Below, in pieces: positions 7,064 through 13,744 of a stretch of 13,744 nt of DNA. The notes under the pieces were generated by a model, which did not search any database, was not told the origin of the DNA, and saw only the letters and a list, made by a program, of their open reading frames with translations. Source of the DNA: an uncultured Gammaproteobacteria bacterium (lineage in GTDB: Bacteria > Patescibacteriota > Patescibacteriia > VMEV01 > CAZAJQ01); contig CAZAJQ010000003.1 of assembly GCA_964485795.1 (NCBI GenBank), positions 37,779-51,522 on the forward strand, in the 5' to 3' direction. Position numbers and translations under genes: made by a program. The first letter of the stretch is position 1, and each line of letters opens with the position of its first letter.

Positions 7064-7945
7064 ATGATTCGATCATCCATAGTGAGGACTTTGGCTTTTT
7101 TCGACATTTTCCATCACCCGTTGACATCTTGGGAGACATGGAAATTTTTGCGCACGGATCGGAAAGTGCGATTTGAGGACGTGGTATCCGAACTCTCGCG
7201 GATGACGCGAGAAAATGGGCTTATCCATGAAAACGGATTGTTCGGTTTGTCGCGTTGTGGCGCGCTGCGAAAGCAACGGTACCTTATCGCCGAAAAAAAA
7301 TTCAAAAAAGCGCTTTTTTTCGGAAAAATATTATCATTCATCCCCACCATTCGCTGCATATGCGTATGCAATTCTCTCGCATATTCGAACGCCGATGAAA
7401 ATAGCGACATCGATTTTTTTATAATGACCGAGGCGCGTGCGATTTGGACGACGCGTTTATGCGCGGCCGGCATGATGGAAATCCTGGGGCAAAGACCTCA
7501 AGAGCATGAGAAAAAGGACAAAGTTTGCCTGAGTTTTTATGTGAGTGAAGATGACCAAAATATAGAACGATTTAGACTATCTCCCTCCGACCCCTATTTT
7601 TCATTTTGGCTCGCGACCTTGGTTCCCATCTATCAAAGGGATGGCGCATATCGGGAGTTCATAAGCAACAATGCATGGATATTTTCCGAGTTTGCGAATT
7701 GGTTTTGTCATGAAATTTCTCCTCGGCGAACGATTGACCCGCGGTACCGGGGTGGCAAAACGTTTGGCAAGTTCTTTGAGAGCGTGGCGAAACGTTTTCA
7801 GATGCGCATGTTTCCCGAAGTTTTGCGGAAAAAACATAGCGGCATTCATATTTCCGATACAGTATTGCGCTTGTACGCCACCGAGAAGCGAAAAGAATAT
7901 CGCGAAGCATACGAAAAACGACTTATCGCAAGAAATGTTCTATGA
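7064..7945 (+). CDS. Uncharacterised protein with a probable Pol-beta-superfamily nucleotidyltransferase fold
   Basis: The track ORF is 7028..7945 (GTG start, 3 nt after the uvrA stop). The ATG at 7064 (MIRSSIVRTLAFF...) is my preferred start. The segment CVCNSLAYSNADENSDIDFFIM fits the minimal NTase pattern h[GS]S-x9-13-DhDh, except that N replaces the usual G. Nothing else about the protein is recognisable by eye. Confidence refers to the CDS; the functional call is weaker (~0.4). Confidence 0.75.
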   Translation: MIRSSIVRTLAFFDIFHHPLTSWETWKFLRTDRKVRFEDVVSELSRMTRENGLIHENGLFGLSRCGALRKQRYLIAEKKFKKALFFGKILSFIPTIRCICVCNSLAYSNADENSDIDFFIMTEARAIWTTRLCAAGMMEILGQRPQEHEKKDKVCLSFYVSEDDQNIERFRLSPSDPYFSFWLATLVPIYQRDGAYREFISNNAWIFSEFANWFCHEISPRRTIDPRYRGGKTFGKFFESVAKRFQMRMFPEVLRKKHSGIHISDTVLRLYATEKRKEYREAYEKRLIARNVL

Positions 7946-9387
7946 TCGAGGCGAAAAAATCTTTTTTCAAGCTTTTTTTTACCTTCTTTCTTTCCGAAGA
8001 GTTTTTGCTCGGCGCATTTCTTCTTTTACTTCCTTTTCAAACGCGTTTATTTCTCTGGCAGGGACGGCTCAACGACGGATATTTCGAATACGGGACATTG
8101 GCATTTTACGCGGTTGACGCGGTTATCATTTTTGGAGCGTTTGCGGGATCGCGGAAATTTTCATCCGATATCAAAGGTTTTCACATCAAAGAAAATATTT
8201 TTTCCAGGCGGCTTTTGTCGTTCTTTTTCGAAAAATTCAAAAAGCCGACGTTTCTTTTTTCCCTTCTTTTCATAACCGCTTTGGGGGTGATTCATTCCAT
8301 ATTCGCGGCTTTTGATGTTTTAGTGGCATGGTATGGGATCATGACCATCACGTTTGGCGCGCTCTTTTTTTATCGCATCTCGCCCATCCGAAATATCGTT
8401 TGGGCGGCATGGGCGTTGGTCATATCCAGCGTCATTCAGGCGCTTTTGGGAATCAGCCAATTTTTTTTGCAAGAAGTGGCGGAAAATAAATGGCTTGGCA
8501 TGGCGGGTCAAAAAGCGGAAATATTGGGCGCGTCAGTCATAGAATATGCCGATGAGCGATGGCTTCGCGCCTATGGAGCATTGCCGCATCCCAATATGCT
8601 TGGGGGCTTTTTGAGCGTTGGGATTTTTTTTGCCGTCGCTTTGTATATGTCTGAAGAGCGAGGTTTTCGGAAAGTTTTTGCTTTGATCTGCGCGATGCTC
8701 GTTTCACTCGGACTTTGGGTGAGTTTTTCGCGTTCGGCTTGGGTGGCCGCTAGTGTTTCGTTCACGTTTCTCTGGATCATGATTCTCATACGATTCAGGG
8801 AAAAAAGAGCCGATCTGCTCAAAGTTTCAGTGGCGATTCTTGCGACACTCGGTTTGGGGATGTCATTGGCACCGCAACTTTTCATGACCCGCATACAAGG
8901 GGATGCGAGGCTGGAAGAAAAGTCGCTCGCGATGAGGCGGGCGTACGAGCGGCAGGCAAGAAAAGTTTTTGCTTCTCATCCGTGGTTTGGCGTAGGGTTT
9001 CACAATGAACCTCTGGCGGTGCATGCAGTGGTGTATCAGGGGGGAAAAGCGTACGAATATCAGCCTGTGCATAACGTGTATATGCTTTTTTTATCGGAGT
9101 TTGGATTGCTTGGGTTGGGGATCCTGATATGGATGACCGCGTCCTTTTGGCATTCGCGTTTGAAATGCTGGTATGCAGTCGTTTTCGGCAAAGTGAATGC
9201 ATCTGGGTCGATGGAGTCATTTTGGAATATCATCGGCATGATTCTTTTGCCGCATATCGTCATTTTGGGGATTTTTGATCATTACCTGTACACATCCCGT
9301 TTCGGATCATTGCTGCTGCTCTTCCTTTTCTTTTTCATGCATCATGCGTTTCATCGTTTGTCTTTCGATGCATTTTCGAAAATATAA
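7942..9387 (+). CDS. O-antigen ligase / Wzy_C-family polytopic membrane protein (WaaL/PglL/Wzy-like)
   Basis: The product is 481 aa with ~10-12 hydrophobic segments. Family motifs are present: WVSFSRSAWVAAS, then a periplasmic-loop-like R-rich segment (RLEEKSLAMRRAYERQARKVFASHPWFGVGF), then HNVYMLFLSEFGLLGLG. The start ATG overlaps the upstream stop (ATGA at 7942-7945). Confidence 0.85.
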   Translation: MIEAKKSFFKLFFTFFLSEEFLLGAFLLLLPFQTRLFLWQGRLNDGYFEYGTLAFYAVDAVIIFGAFAGSRKFSSDIKGFHIKENIFSRRLLSFFFEKFKKPTFLFSLLFITALGVIHSIFAAFDVLVAWYGIMTITFGALFFYRISPIRNIVWAAWALVISSVIQALLGISQFFLQEVAENKWLGMAGQKAEILGASVIEYADERWLRAYGALPHPNMLGGFLSVGIFFAVALYMSEERGFRKVFALICAMLVSLGLWVSFSRSAWVAASVSFTFLWIMILIRFREKRADLLKVSVAILATLGLGMSLAPQLFMTRIQGDARLEEKSLAMRRAYERQARKVFASHPWFGVGFHNEPLAVHAVVYQGGKAYEYQPVHNVYMLFLSEFGLLGLGILIWMTASFWHSRLKCWYAVVFGKVNASGSMESFWNIIGMILLPHIVILGIFDHYLYTSRFGSLLLLFLFFFMHHAFHRLSFDAFSKI

Positions 9388-9420
9388 AAATATTTGAACA
9401 ATGATGAAGAATTTTTTTCC

Positions 9421-9450
9421 TTGACAGAGCCTCTTTGGCTTTGTTACTCT
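9421..9450 (+). promoter_or_regulatory. Candidate sigma70-type promoter of the groES-groEL operon
   Basis: A perfect -35 TTGACA lies at 9421-9426. After an 18 nt spacer there is a weak -10, TACTCT, at 9445-9450. The CIRCE operator lies immediately downstream, which is the canonical arrangement. Confidence 0.5.
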
Positions 9451-9462
9451 GTGATGAAAGAT

Positions 9463-9489
9463 TTAGCACTCAATGGGCATGACTGCTAA
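9463..9489. promoter_or_regulatory. CIRCE operator (HrcA-binding inverted repeat)
   Basis: The sequence is TTAGCACTC-aatgggcat-GACTGCTAA. The consensus is TTAGCACTC-N9-GAGTGCTAA, so 17 of 18 positions match with exact 9 nt spacing. It ends 46 nt upstream of the groES ATG. Confidence 0.85.
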
Positions 9490-9535
9490 ACTTTTTCATT
9501 TCCATTCTATTTTTTATCATTAACCATCATCAAAT

Positions 9536-9829
9536 ATGGCACGATTACAACCCCTTTCAGACCATGTCATCGTCAAGCCGGTGGCGGAATCCGAAAAAAC
9601 GAAATCAGGCATCATTTTGCCGGATACCGTGGACAAGGAAAGACCGGAAAAAGGCGAAGTGATCGCCGTAGGTCCGGGAAAATTGCTTGACTCCGGAGTG
9701 CGCGCGACCATGTCAGTGAAGGTTGCCGATATCGTGATGTTCAAGAAGTACAGTCCGGATGAAGTGAAGATGGAAGGTCAGGAATATCTCGTGATTTCCG
9801 AATCCGACATTCTTGCGATCATTTCATAA
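9536..9829 (+). CDS. groES: Co-chaperonin GroES (Hsp10)
   Basis: The product is 97 aa. Matching segments are LQPLSDHVIVKP...EKTKSGIILPDT (mobile loop), GEVIAVGPG and EYLVISESDILAII. It lies directly upstream of groEL. Confidence 0.97.
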   Translation: MARLQPLSDHVIVKPVAESEKTKSGIILPDTVDKERPEKGEVIAVGPGKLLDSGVRATMSVKVADIVMFKKYSPDEVKMEGQEYLVISESDILAIIS

Positions 9830-9840
9830 TGACGTTCTGA

Positions 9841-11514
<1,674 letters not shown>

Positions 11515-11538
11515 ATCAAGCACTGATTATGAAAAAAA

Positions 11539-11571
11539 CAGTACCCGAAAAAAACGGGTGCTGTTTTTTTT
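11539..11571 (+). terminator. Rho-independent terminator of groES-groEL
   Basis: The stem is CAGTACCCG / CGGGTGCTG: 9 bp including one G-U pair, with a 7 nt A-loop. T8 (11564-11571) follows. It starts 25 nt after the groEL stop. Confidence 0.8.
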
Positions 11572-11579
11572 AAAAATGT

Positions 11580-11876
11580 ATGAAGTCTTATTTTGTATAC
11601 TTTCTTGCTTGCCGTGATGAAAGTTTTTATACCGGAGTCACAAACAATATAGAAAGAAGAATCCGCGAACATCAAAGTGGATTCAATCAACATTGTTATA
11701 CTTATCGGAGACGACCAGTCGTCTTGGTTTTTTTTGAAGAATACCACAATGTTCTTGAAGCGATTTCTCGCGAGAAACAAATAAAAGGCTGGAGTAGAAA
11801 TAAAAAAAAGGCGCTTATCAACGGAGATTTTGATAAACTCAGAGAATATTCAAAAAGTGTGTCAATCGAAAATTGA
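11580..11876 (+). CDS. Stand-alone GIY-YIG nuclease-domain protein (UPF0213/YhbQ-like, URI superfamily)
   Basis: The product is 98 aa. YFVYFLACRDESFYTGVTNNIERRIREH matches the GIY...YIG...R..xH core, and LEAISREKQIKGWSRNKK matches the conserved E..K.W.R.KK helix of this family. The ATG lies only 8 nt after the groEL terminator T-run. Confidence 0.85.
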   Translation: MKSYFVYFLACRDESFYTGVTNNIERRIREHQSGFNQHCYTYRRRPVVLVFFEEYHNVLEAISREKQIKGWSRNKKKALINGDFDKLREYSKSVSIEN

Positions 11877-11890
11877 TCAAAAAAAACAGG

Positions 11891-12184
11891 CTCATTCTTC
11901 GACAAGTCCTCGCTTCTACACGTTCATCCTTCGGCAGGCTCAGGATGACACAGAGAGAGCGCGCGTATTCTTCGACCAGTCCAAGCTTCCCCCCCTGTCA
12001 CCCTGAGCTTGCCGAAGGGCAGTGGTGACGTGGGAGGACGCCTCATCCCTCAACAAGTCCTCGCTTTGACAAGTTCATGCTTCGACAAACTCAGCATGAC
12101 ACAGGGCTACAAGTCCACGCTTCCCCCTTTGTCACCCTGAGCCTGCCGAAGGGTGGCGAAGGGGGGGGGTGACGTGGAAAGCGC
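11891..12184. repeat. GC-rich tandem array of two ~150 bp units, each containing inverted copies of a 22 nt box
   Basis: Unit 1 is 11891-12041 and unit 2 is 12042-12184 (offset 151 bp). By hand alignment, the first 63 nt of the two units differ at 11 positions. Box B occurs forward at 11928-11949 (CCTTCGGCAGGCTCAGGATGAC) and 12079-12100. It occurs inverted at 11997-12018 (GTCACCCTGAGCTTGCCGAAGG) and 12131-12152. Confidence 0.8.
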
Positions 12185-12205
12185 TCCCGCAAAGATCGGT
12201 TTTTA

Positions 12206-12234
12206 TTGCCAATCTCTCATAAAAAAGCTACCAT
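12206..12234 (+). promoter_or_regulatory. Candidate sigma70-type promoter for ileS
   Basis: TTGCCA (12206-12211), a 17 nt spacer, then TACCAT (12229-12234). It ends 37 nt upstream of the ileS ATG. This is a motif match only. Confidence 0.3.
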
Positions 12235-12271
12235 TCTTCTGTAAATGTTTGCATAAGATGTTTTTAATCGC

Positions 12272-13744
12272 ATGACTATGTCCTTGTTTCAGGAAAAAAA
12301 TGTTTCTTTGCGAGAGGAAAAGATCAGCCAATACTGGGAGGAAAAAAAGATTTTTGAACGTTCGATAGCCGAGCGTCCGGAGACTGAGTCAAAAAGTTTT
12401 TATGACGGACCTCCTTTTGCCACCGGCCTTCCGCATTACGGGCATTTTATCCCTTCGCTTATCAAGGATATTATCCCACGATATTGGACCATGAAAGGCC
12501 ATCGTGTGGTGCGACGTTGGGGATGGGACTGTCATGGACTGCCGATTGAAAATATCATCGAAAAAGAATTGGCGCTCAAAACCAAAAAAGACATTGAAAA
12601 TTTCGGCGTCGCAAAATTCAACATGGCGTGTCGAAATACCGTGTTGACCTATGCTTCCGAATGGAAAAAAACGATACGCAGGCTCGGCCGTTGGATAGAC
12701 ATGGAGCATGACTACAAAACCATGGACAATGAATACATGGAAAGCGTTTGGTGGGTTTTTCATGAGCTTTGGACGCGAGATCTCATCTATGAAGGATACA
12801 AATCCATGCATATTTGTCCGCGATGCGAGACTCCGGTATCCAATTTTGAAGTCACTCTGGGATATCAGACCGTCAAGGATATTGCCGTCACCGCGAAGTT
12901 TTTCATAAACAACGGGAAAAAAGCGTTTGACCTTGATGGAGACATCGCTTTTTTGGCATGGACCACAACTCCATGGACGCTCCCGGGCAATACCTTGCTT
13001 GCCGTGGGAAAAAACATCATGTATACGATTTTTTCCAAAGTTTCGGATGCAAAAAAACGATACTATCTGGTTGCCAAGCAAAGATTCTCCGATTTCGAGG
13101 ACCATGAAACGGTCAGGATCAAAGATGTTTCGGGCGATGAATTGGTCACAATGGATTTGACGTATGAGCCGTTGTTTCCGTATTTCAAAGATACGCAAAA
13201 AGCGTTTCGCGTGGTGCATGGCGATTTTGTGAAAACCGATGAGGGAACCGGGATCGTGCATATCGCGCCGGCTTTTGGTGAAGACGATTATTTGCTCGGA
13301 AAACTTTATGATGTGCCGCTTTTGATCCATGTGGGTATGGACGGACGCTTCACATCGGCTGTTGCAGATTTTTCCGGACTTGAAGTCAAGCCAAAGGACG
13401 ATCGCTTGAAAACCGATATTTTGATCGTTCAATGGCTTGCCAAGCACGACAAACTTTTTGCGAAGAAAAAATACGAACATAGTTATCCGCATTGCTGGAG
13501 ATGCGATACTCCGCTTTTGAATTATTCGGCGAAAAGTTGGTTTGTCGGTGTGGAGCAAATCAAAGAGTCACTTTTGAAAAATAATCAAAAGATCCATTGG
13601 GTTCCCGGGCACATTCGGGACGGACGATTTGGAAAATGGCTTGAAAATGCGCGCGACTGGGCCATTTCCCGCAATCGTTTTTGGGGAACTCCTTTGCCGG
13701 TATGGCGCTGCGATGATGCGGATTGCGCGCAAACGGTCGTTTTC
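12272..13744 (+). CDS. ileS: Isoleucyl-tRNA synthetase, type 2 (eukaryote/archaea-like), N-terminal 491 aa; continues beyond the right edge
   Basis: Absent from the ORF track because there is no stop in the window. The hand translation is open from ATG 12272 to 13744 (exactly 491 codons): MTMSLFQEKNVSLREEKISQYWEEKKIFERSIAERPETESKSFYDGPPFATGLPHYGHFIPSLIKD...WGWDCHGLPIE...WTTTPWTLPGN...GIVHIAPAFGEDDY...YPHCWRCDTPLL...GKWLENARDWAISRNRFWGTPLPVW. The FYDGPPFATGxPHYGH HIGH-region and the DWAISRNRFWGTPLPVW motif are IleRS type-2 signatures. Confidence 0.95.
   Translation, partial: MTMSLFQEKNVSLREEKISQYWEEKKIFERSIAERPETESKSFYDGPPFATGLPHYGHFIPSLIKDIIPRYWTMKGHRVVRRWGWDCHGLPIENIIEKELALKTKKDIENFGVAKFNMACRNTVLTYASEWKKTIRRLGRWIDMEHDYKTMDNEYMESVWWVFHELWTRDLIYEGYKSMHICPRCETPVSNFEVTLGYQTVKDIAVTAKFFINNGKKAFDLDGDIAFLAWTTTPWTLPGNTLLAVGKNIMYTIFSKVSDAKKRYYLVAKQRFSDFEDHETVRIKDVSGDELVTMDLTYEPLFPYFKDTQKAFRVVHGDFVKTDEGTGIVHIAPAFGEDDYLLGKLYDVPLLIHVGMDGRFTSAVADFSGLEVKPKDDRLKTDILIVQWLAKHDKLFAKKKYEHSYPHCWRCDTPLLNYSAKSWFVGVEQIKESLLKNNQKIHWVPGHIRDGRFGKWLENARDWAISRNRFWGTPLPVWRCDDADCAQTVVF

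Noticed and set aside
7064-9387. Whether the NTase-like protein plus the multi-TM neighbour is a CBASS-like pair (CD-NTase plus membrane effector).
   Set aside because: The membrane protein carries clear Wzy_C/O-antigen-ligase motifs (SRSAW, HPWFGVGF, HNVYMLFLSEFG) rather than any known CBASS effector architecture. The NTase motif is minimal (NS rather than GS). The genes sit in a housekeeping context with no other defence genes.
11571-11577. The TAAAAAT immediately upstream of the GIY-YIG ATG as a -10 box for a leaderless transcript.
   Set aside because: The spacing to the ATG (3 nt) does not fit a TSS at the A of the start codon. No -35 partner exists because the terminator stem occupies that position. 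This is too speculative to annotate.
11891-12184. Whether the repeat array is a CRISPR array.
   Set aside because: There are only two ~150 bp imperfect units, with no short identical repeats separated by unique spacers and no cas genes. The architecture is tandem plus inverted, not CRISPR-like.
11877-12271. Whether the ~395 nt upstream of ileS is a T-box riboswitch leader. GGGTGG at 12151-12156 and AGAGAG near 11952 are superficially reminiscent of T-box and Stem-I motifs.
   Set aside because: The GGGTGG is not followed by the rest of the conserved T-box sequence. No terminator/antiterminator pair with a U-run precedes ileS. The matching bases are part of a duplicated repeat unit. The resemblance looks coincidental, but a covariance-model scan (Rfam RF00230) would settle it.
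12389-13558. A 389 aa minus-strand ORF, the only long ORF the track reports in this region.
   Set aside because: The opposite strand encodes a textbook IleRS with an open frame from 12272 to the window edge. The track omits that frame only because it has no stop. The minus-strand product has no recognisable features.

Overview
This 13.7 kb window is a compact, mostly housekeeping stretch of a bacterial genome. It uses the standard genetic code: TGA and TAA both act as stops and no gene needs recoding. No recognisable Shine-Dalgarno motif precedes any start codon. The style fits a small-genome, possibly monoderm or uncultivated lineage, but taxonomy cannot be established from this window.

Minus-strand block: secG, then a membrane-anchored family-5 solute-binding protein, then rnj, which is partial and runs off the left edge.

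Plus-strand genes, in order:
- a DsbA-like CxxC oxidoreductase
- uvrA
- an uncharacterised nucleotidyltransferase-fold protein, translationally coupled (ATGA overlap) to a Wzy_C/O-antigen-ligase-family membrane protein
- groES-groEL, with a sigma70-like promoter, a near-perfect CIRCE operator and a clean intrinsic terminator
- a small, AT-rich, stand-alone GIY-YIG nuclease gene
- a ~294 bp GC-rich tandem and inverted repeat array
- a type-2 (eukaryote-like) ileS, partial and running off the right edge

rnj and ileS are missing from the supplied ORF track because they lack a stop inside the window. I recovered both by hand translation. Several long ORFs in the track are antisense shadows of these genes.

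I see no rRNA, tRNA, CRISPR array, transposase or recognisable multi-gene defence system. The most unusual locus is the GIY-YIG gene plus palindromic repeat array wedged between groEL and ileS. It may be a nuclease/repeat mobile module, but that is inference. The remaining findings are modest curiosities.
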